Source: Polynucleobacter sp. es-EL-1 (GTDB lineage Bacteria; Pseudomonadota; Gammaproteobacteria; Burkholderiales; Burkholderiaceae). Taken from it: a DNA stretch of 32,000 nt. Made by a program: the position numbers and the translations under genes. The notes under the pieces are model-generated. The model was given only the letters and a program-made list of their open reading frames with translations, searched no databases and was not told the origin of the DNA. The stretch lies in the NCBI RefSeq assembly GCF_018687975.1, contig NZ_CP061310.1, forward strand, positions 1,493,584-1,525,583, written 5' to 3'. Numbering within the stretch: position 1 is the first letter of the stretch; the number at the start of each line of letters is the position of its first letter. Positions 1-7,725 of this stretch are shown piece after piece.

Positions 1-350
1 GCAAGCATAGGCAATAGTGCGACGTTATCGGTAACGTTTAGAAACGGAATTAAATAAGGGGCCTGGAAAATAAAGCCAATTTTGTCTCTTCTCAGAGCCC
101 TTAAGTCCTTAATCTTCCAACCATTCTCGTAGATCACTTCACCACCCAAAGTCATGCGACCTGCTGTGGGCTCAATGACTGCCCCTAGACATTTCAGTAG
201 CGTACTTTTTCCGGATCCAGATGGGCCAATAAGCCCCACCACTTCACCTGGAGCAATTTGCATATTGACATTTTTGAGGGCATCTACAGCAGCGTCACCA
301 TGTCCGTAAGTTTTTCTAAGCCCTTCTAATTGAATGCTGTAAGTACTCAT
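1..350 (-). CDS. ABC transporter ATP-binding protein (DevA/MacB-like); only the N-terminal part is in the window
   Basis: Reverse translation from the ATG at 350-348 gives MSTYSIQLEGLRKTYGHGDAAVDALKNVNMQIAPGEVVGLIGPSGSGKSTLLKCLG..., with Walker A GPSGSGKST. The start lies directly after the stop of the upstream permease gene (352-354). Confidence 0.85.
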   Translation of the reverse strand, partial: MSTYSIQLEGLRKTYGHGDAAVDALKNVNMQIAPGEVVGLIGPSGSGKSTLLKCLGAVIEPTAGRMTLGGEVIYENGWKIKDLRALRRDKIGFIFQAPYLIPFLNVTDNVALLPML

Positions 351-351
351 A

Positions 352-1542
352 TCAGCCTCCAATTGCTTGGGCGGGATCTACCAGCAAAGCAGCTCTAATC
401 GCCAAGGTACTAGCTAAAGCGCATATGACCATCACTAAAATGAATCCGATGATTGCGTCTACAGGCTCTAATAAAACATACTTTGGAAACAGCGGCGCCC
501 AAAAAGTAGCAGAAGTTTTTCCCACAACAAAACCAATTAACCCCAAGCCAAGGGCTTGCTGCAGAATCATGCTGCCAATAGTACTATTTTGAGTGCCAAT
601 CAATTTCAACACGGCAATCTCCCTAATCTTTCCTAGGGTCATGGTGTAGATAATGAAAGCCACAATGGCAGCGCTTACTACCGCCAAGATCACTAGAAAC
701 ATACCAATTTGTTTTGCGGAATTTGCGATCAACTTGGCAACAAGGATTTCTTCCATCTGCGCCCTTGTATACACCTCAAGATGTTTCCAGCGACGGATTG
801 GTTTGGCTACTTCCTCTGGACTACTGCCGGCTTGGATTTGAACAAGGATGGCATTAACGCTGTGATTGGTAGATTGCGATGCTGTAATGGCATCTAATAA
901 GCCAGGAATAGGGCGATTCAAACTGGGATTGGCTACGTTTCTGGCACGATCATTCAGAATCGCATCGTTGTCCTTTAGAAATTGCGCCTCTTGTGCATCT
1001 TTAATTGGAATGAATACCATTGGATCACCGCCCGATGAAACCATGCGTCGAGTTAAACCCACTACCCGATACTGATGGCGCTTAATTTGAATGAGGTCGT
1101 TTAGCTCAAACCCCGTTTTGATATCCGCTAAAGCTTCATAGTGTGATTGGACTATGTGTCGACCAGAAATCAAATAGGCCGGCTCACCAAGCTGCCCACT
1201 TTCTACCCCAACCACCATGGCTCTAGTGTCACTCTGCCCTTTACGAACCTGCATTGTGAGATAGGTGATGTTAGCTGCGCGTGCAACGCCTGGCATTCCC
1301 AGCACGCCTCTTACATAGTCATCTCGAATGCTGGATGCTTCAGCATAAGGGCCTTGGGTATCTTTTTGTACCACCCAAAGATCTGCACCGCTATTGTTTA
1401 GTAGGGCCATGGCATCATCCACCATGCCTCGATATACCCCTGCCATTGTTAGAGTGACACCGATTAGCAGTCCGAGACCCAATCCCGTTAGAGCAAACTT
1501 ACCCCAAGAATGCGCAATGTCACGACCCGCTAGGCTAATCAC
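352..1542 (-). CDS. ABC exporter permease, FtsX/MacB-like (DevC family)
   Basis: 396-aa ORF. It has an N-terminal TM helix, a large periplasmic domain and three C-terminal TM helices (FtsX-type layout). ATGA overlap with the upstream adaptor gene, and the ATPase gene follows. Confidence 0.8.
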   Translation of the reverse strand: MISLAGRDIAHSWGKFALTGLGLGLLIGVTLTMAGVYRGMVDDAMALLNNSGADLWVVQKDTQGPYAEASSIRDDYVRGVLGMPGVARAANITYLTMQVRKGQSDTRAMVVGVESGQLGEPAYLISGRHIVQSHYEALADIKTGFELNDLIQIKRHQYRVVGLTRRMVSSGGDPMVFIPIKDAQEAQFLKDNDAILNDRARNVANPSLNRPIPGLLDAITASQSTNHSVNAILVQIQAGSSPEEVAKPIRRWKHLEVYTRAQMEEILVAKLIANSAKQIGMFLVILAVVSAAIVAFIIYTMTLGKIREIAVLKLIGTQNSTIGSMILQQALGLGLIGFVVGKTSATFWAPLFPKYVLLEPVDAIIGFILVMVICALASTLAIRAALLVDPAQAIGG

Positions 1543-2696
1543 GGCGTTTTCTTCAATAAAGAATCAACCACCTTAATACGCTGCCCTTCTTTAATTTCAG
1601 CATCGCTATAGAGAACAACTTCATCACCACTCTTAAGTCCACTCAGAATAACCACTTGACCATTTAAGCCGTTTTGTCCAACTTGTACTCGAGCAAAGTA
1701 GGGCTTGCCATCCTTGAGCACCCATACCCCAGTTTCATCACCCCTCTTTTTAATGCTTGCATTGGGCAAGCTAAGGCCATATTCACTAGAGGCTAATTGC
1801 AATGTCACTTCTGCCATCTCCCCAATTGAAACAGTCTTGGGCATATCTATCATTTCAATTTGGGCAATGCGTTCTTCCGCGACACTATCACTGAGCATCT
1901 CAACGCGAACTACCTTGCCCGAGATTGGGTGATGTGGATTAGAGCGCAATATCACATTTGCATCTAAGCCAACGGCTAATCCCATTGACTTACCTTGGTC
2001 AAAACGCGTCTTAATCCATAGGCTCGTTGGGTCGATTAATTTTAAAACCGCCTGACCAGCAATAACAGTTGAGCCTGGCTCGGCATCTCTAGATGTAATG
2101 ATCCCATCTACTGGAGCCCTTAATTTAATATTAAGCTCTTGTTGTTTAAGCCCAGCCAAATCAGCAGTTGTTTTTTGAACAATCGCTTTTGCTGAATTGA
2201 GTTCCTGTGACTTGCCTTCAACAACAATTGGGCTAATAAAATTTTTCTTTCCCAACTCCACATATCGCTTGTACGTTTCAGAAGCCAGCAGTAAGCGTGC
2301 CTTTGCATCAGTCACTTGTGCCTGAGCAGCAATCATTCTCTGATTCAGATCAATAGAATCCATCTCGGCAAGTAGTTGACCCTCTTTAACCAAATTGCCC
2401 ACATCTACATATACGTTTAAAACGCGTCCAGCAACTACCGGCCCCATCAAATACGCCCGCCTGGCTTCAACTGTTCCTACTCCAAATAGTGTGGGTGCAA
2501 GCGATTGATCGCTAACTTTAATAGTCGTCACTTTTGTGGACGCTAAAGGCCCAGAATTTAGAACAACAAATCCAAATACGACTAATAAAAATGTAAGCGT
2601 GAGACCCATCAGTAATTGACGGCGGGTAATGTTCAATTCACGCATTCGGAGTAGAAGCGAACTTAAGAGTTCTTTTAATTTAATGGTGCTATTCAT
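1539..2696 (-). CDS. HlyD-family periplasmic adaptor / membrane fusion protein (DevB-like)
   Basis: 385-aa ORF. It has an N-terminal TM anchor, a lipoyl/coiled-coil segment (VAGRVLNVYVDVGNLVKEGQLLAEMD ... LRAPVDGIITSR) and a beta-barrel C-terminus. First gene of the adaptor-permease-ATPase operon. Confidence 0.8.
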   Translation of the reverse strand: MNSTIKLKELLSSLLLRMRELNITRRQLLMGLTLTFLLVVFGFVVLNSGPLASTKVTTIKVSDQSLAPTLFGVGTVEARRAYLMGPVVAGRVLNVYVDVGNLVKEGQLLAEMDSIDLNQRMIAAQAQVTDAKARLLLASETYKRYVELGKKNFISPIVVEGKSQELNSAKAIVQKTTADLAGLKQQELNIKLRAPVDGIITSRDAEPGSTVIAGQAVLKLIDPTSLWIKTRFDQGKSMGLAVGLDANVILRSNPHHPISGKVVRVEMLSDSVAEERIAQIEMIDMPKTVSIGEMAEVTLQLASSEYGLSLPNASIKKRGDETGVWVLKDGKPYFARVQVGQNGLNGQVVILSGLKSGDEVVLYSDAEIKEGQRIKVVDSLLKKTP

Positions 2697-2845
2697 TTTT
2701 TTGAGCCATTAATGTACTTGAATAAAAGATGCCTATCTTTTAATCATGCTCCCTTTAGTTGTTTAAGGGGTGATTTAATTACCTATTACGATGGAAATCA
2801 ACGCAATCGTTATTAATCCCTAATATTAATCTTTTTGCACTATTT

Positions 2846-2891
2846 AAAGCTATCATACACTATATATTATTATATAATGTATGATAGCTTT
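2846..2891. promoter_or_regulatory. 46-nt AT-rich near-perfect inverted repeat (candidate operator or bidirectional hairpin)
   Basis: The arms aaagctatcataca and tgtatgatagcttt are perfect 14-bp complements. They enclose a mostly self-complementary ctatatattattatataa core. The repeat lies between the methyltransferase stop (2957) and the adaptor start (2696). Confidence 0.4.
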
Positions 2892-2956
2892 AACACCAAA
2901 CTTGTTACTTCGAACGATCCCTACTTGGGTAAAAAAATATCTAAGCTAAGTAAAGC

Positions 2957-3571
2957 CTATTCCATCCTACAAAAGCAATATAAGAACTGCTGGGTGGTCC
3001 CCATAGGGGTTTGATGGAGCTCTGTTGAGCTGTCAATCAGCTTGAATGTCTGACCAAACTGACTGTGAAGATTTTCTGAGTCATAGCGAACGATGTCTAA
3101 ACCACTGCACTTCTCAGGGCCCTCGGGTCCAAAGGTCGACATAATCACATAGCCACCATGCTTTACTGAGCGCATCACTTGTTCTACATATCTTGCTCGT
3201 TGTGCTTCTTCAGTTAAAAAATGAAAGACGGCTCTGTCGTGCCAAACGTCAAAATAGCCTTGCGGTAATGTTGCTTGTGTAATATCAGCGCAGTACCAGT
3301 GAACCTTATCAGCCTGCTTGCCAATACGATCCCTTGCCACATCAATTGCTTTTTGAGAAATATCTAAAACACTGATGCCCTCATAACCCTGAGACAAAAG
3401 GTCATCCACTAGTGTAGATTCGCCACCACCAATATCAATAACGGCAGCACTCTTATTGGCACTAGCTTGATGAATTAAATTTAATGATGTCTCAAGGTGT
3501 GGCGCATACCAACTCACCGCATCTGGCGCCTTGTCGCCATAGACCTTTTCCCAGTGTTCTTTTTTGTTCAT
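2957..3571 (-). CDS. class I SAM-dependent methyltransferase
   Basis: 204-aa ORF with SAM motif I VIDIGGGESTLVDDLL and a downstream acidic/aromatic motif (VLDIS ... DVWHDRAVFHFL). Last gene of a three-gene minus-strand operon. Confidence 0.75.
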   Translation of the reverse strand: MNKKEHWEKVYGDKAPDAVSWYAPHLETSLNLIHQASANKSAAVIDIGGGESTLVDDLLSQGYEGISVLDISQKAIDVARDRIGKQADKVHWYCADITQATLPQGYFDVWHDRAVFHFLTEEAQRARYVEQVMRSVKHGGYVIMSTFGPEGPEKCSGLDIVRYDSENLHSQFGQTFKLIDSSTELHQTPMGTTQQFLYCFCRME

Positions 3572-3574
3572 TTG

Positions 3575-4030
3575 CTAGTACTTAGGTTGTTTATTAACAG
3601 CCTTCTTATAAGCATCCATGCCACCTTTAGTTTTCCACTCTTCATAGCCACCTTGAAGAATGCGCAAATTCTCATAGCCAGCAACACGCAAAGCAAATCC
3701 TGCCTGTGCTGAGAGACTGCCGGTATTACAGTAGATTAAGACAGGCTTGTTCTTAGGAATCTTATCTTTTTGTGCCAAGACTTGGCGCCACTCAATGTTG
3801 ACTGCTCCAGGAATATGACTCTTATCGAACTGAGCCTTATCTCTAGCATCAATCACCATCATCTTCTTGTATTCTTCTGCGGGTATCTGCTCAGGAAATA
3901 TCGTAGCGCCACCATAGTCCACAAACTCAAGGTAACCCGCCATCTCATCAACAGCAATAGCTTTGTTATCAGCAAACGCTGGGCTTGCTATGAATGATGT
4001 GAGCGCAAGCGCAATGAATAGTTTTTTCAT
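3575..4030 (-). CDS. periplasmic rhodanese-domain sulfurtransferase
   Basis: 151-aa ORF. Signal peptide MKKLFIALALTSFIASPAFA. Rhodanese fold signature (IDARD...HIPGAVNI...) and active-site loop YCNTGSLS. Confidence 0.7.
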   Translation of the reverse strand: MKKLFIALALTSFIASPAFADNKAIAVDEMAGYLEFVDYGGATIFPEQIPAEEYKKMMVIDARDKAQFDKSHIPGAVNIEWRQVLAQKDKIPKNKPVLIYCNTGSLSAQAGFALRVAGYENLRILQGGYEEWKTKGGMDAYKKAVNKQPKY

Positions 4031-4456
4031 TTATTTCCCAGTCTTAATAGTTGATTTGAACTTATCGAATTCAGGTCTTACGCTATCGTTGAATAACTTA
4101 CCTTGCCTCTTCTGCTTGGTCGTTCCCTCTAACTCCAGAATGTCCGCAATGATTTGATAGCTCACCATGCCATTGTGAGCGCCACCACTTGCCGCTATGT
4201 TTTGTCCGTTGTACCAAACTGAAGGAGCTGGTGTTAATGGCGGAACGGCTGTTTGGGGCAGAATCAAAATAGGCAGTCGATAGGCATTAGCTATCTCTGC
4301 GGCAATTTGAACATTGGTATTACATCTAGTCCCAGGAGGATCTTGATTAATGAATACCAAGGCTTTTTGCCCGTTAATCTCTAGCGGGACAGGGCTGTTA
4401 GCGAGAACGCTTAATGAGAACAAAGAGATAATGACACCCACGAGCTTTTTAAGCAT
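4031..4456 (-). CDS. secreted hypothetical protein (signal peptide, no domain recognised)
   Basis: 141-aa ORF with signal peptide MLKKLVGVIISLFSLSVLA. Its stop abuts the rhodanese start (4030/4031), so the two are probably co-translated. Confidence 0.55.
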   Translation of the reverse strand: MLKKLVGVIISLFSLSVLANSPVPLEINGQKALVFINQDPPGTRCNTNVQIAAEIANAYRLPILILPQTAVPPLTPAPSVWYNGQNIAASGGAHNGMVSYQIIADILELEGTTKQKRQGKLFNDSVRPEFDKFKSTIKTGK

Positions 4457-4490
4457 TTACACCCTCGCTTATATTCAATAAAATCATTGA

Positions 4491-5171
4491 ATGATTATGC
4501 CTAAACAAAAATCTACTTTCAAGCAAAAACTTTACGAACAGTTCGCCAAACTAGGCAAAGCCCTTGGTTCTGAAGTTCGCCTAGAGCTTATTGAGCTCAT
4601 TATTCAGTGCCCCACAGCGGTAGAAGACTTAGCAAAGAAGGTCAAACTACCGATTGCCAATGTCTCTCAGCACCTACAAGTACTCAAACAAGTGGGCATT
4701 GTGAACACGATCAGACAAGGTAAATCCATTGTTTATGAAATAGCAGACTCTGATGTCATTGATTTGTTCTTAAAGCTACAAGGTGTTGGGCAACGCCACA
4801 TTGAAGAAGTTGATAGCCTCGTTAATAAGTACCTCACCTCGCGCGATAGCTTAGAAGGCATGCCAGTTAATCAAGTACTTAAATTAGCTAAGCGTGGAGA
4901 AATCACGCTTTTAGATGTGCGACCTAGTGAAGAGTATGCTCACTCTCATCTAGAAGGGGCGCTCAATATCACCCTTGAAGAGTTAGAAGAGCGCCTAGGC
5001 GACTTCCCGAAATCTAAAACGATTGTTGCTTACTGTAGGGGCACTTATTGCGTACTGTCTTATGAAGCTGTAAAGCGCCTCAGAGAAAAAGGATTTAAGG
5101 CAGTACGAGCAGAAGATGGCATACCCAATTGGCTCAATATGAATTTGAAGCTAGCTAAACAAGACGAGTAG
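4491..5171 (+). CDS. ArsR/SmtB-family transcriptional regulator fused to a C-terminal rhodanese domain
   Basis: 226-aa ORF. The N-terminal winged HTH (LGSEVRLELIELI...VEDLAKKVKLPIANVSQHLQVLKQVGIV) is typical of ArsR. The C-terminal half has rhodanese motifs (LLDVRPSEEYAHSHLEGALNI, active-site AYCRGTYCVLS). It is divergent from the 4456-2957 operon. Confidence 0.8.
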   Translation: MIMPKQKSTFKQKLYEQFAKLGKALGSEVRLELIELIIQCPTAVEDLAKKVKLPIANVSQHLQVLKQVGIVNTIRQGKSIVYEIADSDVIDLFLKLQGVGQRHIEEVDSLVNKYLTSRDSLEGMPVNQVLKLAKRGEITLLDVRPSEEYAHSHLEGALNITLEELEERLGDFPKSKTIVAYCRGTYCVLSYEAVKRLREKGFKAVRAEDGIPNWLNMNLKLAKQDE

Positions 5172-5174
5172 TGA

Positions 5175-5984
5175 TTGCTCCCTCTTAATCGCCTTATTCA
5201 AACGCCACAGTCTGCTTTTAAGTCGGCAATTATTTTATCTTTGGCTTTACACGTTTGCTTTCTGCTTTTATGGGCTCCATCAACAGCAAAGCCGCTAAAA
5301 AAAATTAAAGATGATGTCGTTGTTATCAAGCTGAACGAGCCGCAAGAAAAGCAAGAGCCCGTCAACATTCAAAAGAATCAAACGCTCACAACGAAAGCTC
5401 CGGCAACACAAGCCGCCCCAAATGCCCCAACAGCAGAAGAGTGGGCTTTTGCCTCAACATACACATTAAAAAATAGTAAAGGCTACAGACACACTTGGGG
5501 TAAGCAAGTGCGTAGCATGATGGGAACAGCTGTTGAAGGTGTCGATCAAGGACAAGTGAGATTTAGAATCGAGATTGCTCCAAATGGCAGCATCACTAGA
5601 GTTGAAACACTTTGGAAGACATCTGATAAAGCAGAGGTGCTGGCTCGCAAAGCCATTTATTCAATGCCACCGCCACCACCCACGCCAACTGGTAAACCAC
5701 TCATCTTTGAAAAGACAATTTCATTTTCACCATTTGCTACTGATGACACACCCATTTACAGCGATGATTGCTTACCTGATCCTCCATCATTTAATAATCC
5801 CTTTGCTTGGGATGGCAAATCGCCACAAGAGATTAAACAAAATAAGCCTGCCGAAAAGCTCAGTCCTGAAGCATTAGCAGAGTGCCTCAAACAATTACCT
5901 CAAGATTCTATTGAAGGTGTGGCCGCCCATAATCAGAGACAACTGGATCAATGGGGGTCAAGCAATCTGAATCAAAGAAAGTAG
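5175..5984 (+). CDS. TonB-like energy-transducer family protein with a C-terminal extension
   Basis: 269-aa ORF with a TTG start 4 nt after the arsR-like stop. It has an N-terminal TM helix (SAIILSLALHVCFLLLWAP), a Pro/Gln-rich linker and a TonB-C-like block (QVRFRIEIAPNGSITRVETLWKTSDKAEVLARKAIYSMPPPP...ISF). Confidence 0.5.
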   Translation: MLPLNRLIQTPQSAFKSAIILSLALHVCFLLLWAPSTAKPLKKIKDDVVVIKLNEPQEKQEPVNIQKNQTLTTKAPATQAAPNAPTAEEWAFASTYTLKNSKGYRHTWGKQVRSMMGTAVEGVDQGQVRFRIEIAPNGSITRVETLWKTSDKAEVLARKAIYSMPPPPPTPTGKPLIFEKTISFSPFATDDTPIYSDDCLPDPPSFNNPFAWDGKSPQEIKQNKPAEKLSPEALAECLKQLPQDSIEGVAAHNQRQLDQWGSSNLNQRK

Positions 5985-6140
5985 TTCAATACATACGTCT
6001 ATGCGTATATATTTGTAATGTCGTTTTAAACGACATCGACTGACGCAGGGATGAATAATTGACATGTCCTTTTAAAGGACAGGTCATACTGGGGACATCT
6101 GACTCTAATGGCGTCTAAGCCTACCAAGCCATAAAAGAAA

Positions 6141-6161
6141 ATAGCCCAACAAGTGGGCTAT
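6141..6161 (-). terminator. hairpin with T-run downstream of tRNA-Phe 3' fragment A
   Basis: atagccca-acaag-tgggctat is an 8-bp stem. On the minus strand it is followed by tttcttttat. Confidence 0.4.
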
Positions 6162-6170
6162 TGAGATTCT

Positions 6171-6191
6171 TGGTGGCCCGGGGCGGAATCG
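6171..6191 (-). repeat. tRNA-Phe 3'-terminal fragment, copy A (att-like scar)
   Basis: tggtggcccggggcggaatcg is identical to the first 21 nt of the tRNA-like element at 6743. The preceding tct is also shared. Similarity stops after the T-loop. Confidence 0.7.
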
Positions 6192-6227
6192 GCCTGGGCC
6201 TAGGATGCTTAATCCTGCTTGCTACTA

Positions 6228-6623
6228 TTACATCTTCACAATTTTCCAAGCACCATTTAAGAAGCCGTCTCCAGTCTTATCTCCTGGCTTGGTATCTTTA
6301 ACCCAGAAATACAGGGGCATTCCTTTGAATGCTAATTGCTTTTTGCCGTCATCACGAGTGATTACAGAATAATCGCCAGACACTGCTGGACTACCATCAA
6401 CTAATAGTGGTGGCCAGTTGGTGGCACATGGGCCATTACACATAGACTTACCTGAACCAGCCGCATCTTTGGCAAAGGTATACAGGGTCATATTATTACT
6501 ACCTACTAACATGCCATCATTTACTTTGGTATATGGCGCCATGGCTCCGCCCGTCATCGACGCACATGCAGCTAATGTAGCAGCAGCGATCAAACTAATT
6601 AATACGCCCTTAATACGATTCAT
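6228..6623 (-). CDS. lipoprotein of the secreted-repeat (Yx[FWY]xxD, COG4315-like) family
   Basis: 131-aa ORF with lipobox LAAC. It has two repeats of the type LYTFAKDAAG...C.G.CA..WPP and LYFWVKDTKPGDKTGDG, as I recall for this family. Confidence 0.65.
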   Translation of the reverse strand: MNRIKGVLISLIAAATLAACASMTGGAMAPYTKVNDGMLVGSNNMTLYTFAKDAAGSGKSMCNGPCATNWPPLLVDGSPAVSGDYSVITRDDGKKQLAFKGMPLYFWVKDTKPGDKTGDGFLNGAWKIVKM

Positions 6624-6708
6624 GTAGATCCCCTTTAAAAGTTAAGTTAACACTCTACTGGTTATTTATGTTTGAAGTATGACGTGATTAAAACTAAGGG
6701 GCTAGGCA

Positions 6709-6733
6709 TGAAAAAACCACCCGAAGGTGGTTT
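6709..6733 (-). terminator. rho-independent terminator downstream of the tRNA-Phe-like element
   Basis: accacc-cgaa-ggtggt hairpin flanked by an A-run (aaaaaa), which is a T-run on the minus strand. It lies 10 nt after the CCA end at 6743. Confidence 0.6.
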
Positions 6734-6742
6734 ATAGAATCT

Positions 6743-6815
6743 TGGTGGCCCGGGGCGGAATCGAACCACCGACACAAGGATTTTCAATCCTTTACTCTAC
6801 CGTCCGCTACTGGCC
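6743..6815 (-). pseudogene. tRNA-Phe(GAA)-like element with an intact 3' ~55 nt and a decayed 5' acceptor/D-arm
   Basis: The reverse complement is ggccagtagcggacggtagagtaaaggattgaaaatccttgtgtcggtggttcgattccgccccgggccacca. The anticodon arm (aagga-ttGAAaa-tcctt), T-arm and ACCA end are canonical. The 5' acceptor pairs at only 5 of 7 positions, the D-stem cannot form, and the element is 3 nt short. Confidence 0.6.
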
Positions 6816-6856
6816 GGAAGCAGCCCCTCAGACAACAATCTATTGGCATCGCCATT

Positions 6857-7007
6857 GAAAAATGTGTAGTAATTGCCTACACACTTTTGAGCATACCCAG
6901 CGTTACTTAAAGTAACGCTCAAATGACCAAACCAATCATTTTCTTCACAAGCCTATCTTTTTGTGACGTTTAGGTCCTGTTTAGGTTCTCTGGTTATGAG
7001 AGCAGAT
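6857..7007 (+). repeat. ~150-bp direct repeat, left copy (L), containing palindrome 1
   Basis: Aligns by eye along its whole length with 14742-14892. The best block is ctttttgtgacgtttaggtc..gtttaggttctctggttatgagagcagat. Confidence 0.8.
6899..6919. repeat. island palindrome copy 1 (agcgttacttaaagtaacgct)
   Basis: Perfect 21-nt palindrome read directly from the sequence. Confidence 0.95.
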
Positions 7008-7193
7008 ATCCAAAGAAAACCACTAGGATTTCAAGAGCTTACGTCGCCTGTTTATCGGTGTGTGAGTATTTGTGTGACTAATTTAAACAGAGCAGAAGAA
7101 ACACTGACTCACTCTTTGGTTTTCTAAACCACAGGATTTTTGGAGCAACCATCTAACACCTCGTTGCTCCAAAGTACTTTTTGAGTGGTTAAT

Positions 7194-7216
7194 AAGCGTT
7201 ACTTAAAGTAACGCTT
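7194..7216. repeat. island palindrome copy 2 (aagcgttacttaaagtaacgctt)
   Basis: Perfect 23-nt palindrome with the same 21-nt core. It lies 126 bp downstream of the end of the metal-efflux operon. Confidence 0.95.
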
Positions 7217-7310
7217 GATTAGCCAATGACCGCCATCGACCCAAAGGCGGACCTTGGCGGAACATGGCTCCACCAATCAACGATAGCAATCCGATTACTT
7301 CACAACAACC

Positions 7311-7329
7311 CAATCTATAGGCTAGATTG
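7311..7329 (-). terminator. possible terminator hairpin after the 122-aa gene
   Basis: caatcta-taggc-tagattg is a 7-bp stem lying 13 nt beyond the stop at 7342. The U-tract is weak. Confidence 0.3.
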
Positions 7330-7341
7330 AGGTGATTTAAC

Positions 7342-7710
7342 TTATAAATTAAATCTTGCTGTAATCACTTTCGCCTTTATCTTGATAACTGCTATGGCCT
7401 TAGCACCCTTGGGAATAGCGAAATTACCTTTCACTTCCAATTTCCCTTCATTAGGCAGTAGCTCATAATCTTTTTTATCTGATCCAATTAAGACTGTCAG
7501 CTTTGCGGTCCCACCATCTATAGGTATCGGTTTACCGTGGTCCGTCAAATACAGCGACAAGCTATCAGGCTTTGCAACCAATTCAATATCAATGTCCTTA
7601 GCCTCTACTATGACACCGCCATGCATTGGTTTTAATTCATGGCCAGCTCCAGCTTGAACTAAGCCAGTAAAACTGATGAGCAAGGTTGCAATCAACATCA
7701 TTGATTTCAT
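7342..7710 (-). CDS. periplasmic protein of the metal-efflux operon (function unknown, putative metal-binding)
   Basis: 122-aa ORF. The signal peptide ends LVQA and the mature N-terminus is GAGHELKPMHGG. The body aligns by eye with the 189-aa protein encoded at 11896-12465 (LSLYLTD / ITLYLDR, GxAK). Confidence 0.6.
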   Translation of the reverse strand: MKSMMLIATLLISFTGLVQAGAGHELKPMHGGVIVEAKDIDIELVAKPDSLSLYLTDHGKPIPIDGGTAKLTVLIGSDKKDYELLPNEGKLEVKGNFAIPKGAKAIAVIKIKAKVITARFNL

Positions 7711-7725
7711 ATAAACCCCTTTAAA

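Noticed and set aside
5575-5877. 100-aa ORF overlapping the TonB-like gene in another frame
   Set aside because: It is entirely embedded in the longer ORF, its His/Leu-rich sequence is of low plausibility, and it has no independent start signals.
6743-6815. Calling this a functional tRNA-Phe gene
   Set aside because: The 3' two-thirds is canonical. The 5' acceptor strand pairs at only 5 of 7 positions, the D-stem cannot form, and the element is 3 nt short. I treat it as a decayed tRNA or a long att scar pending a covariance-model score.
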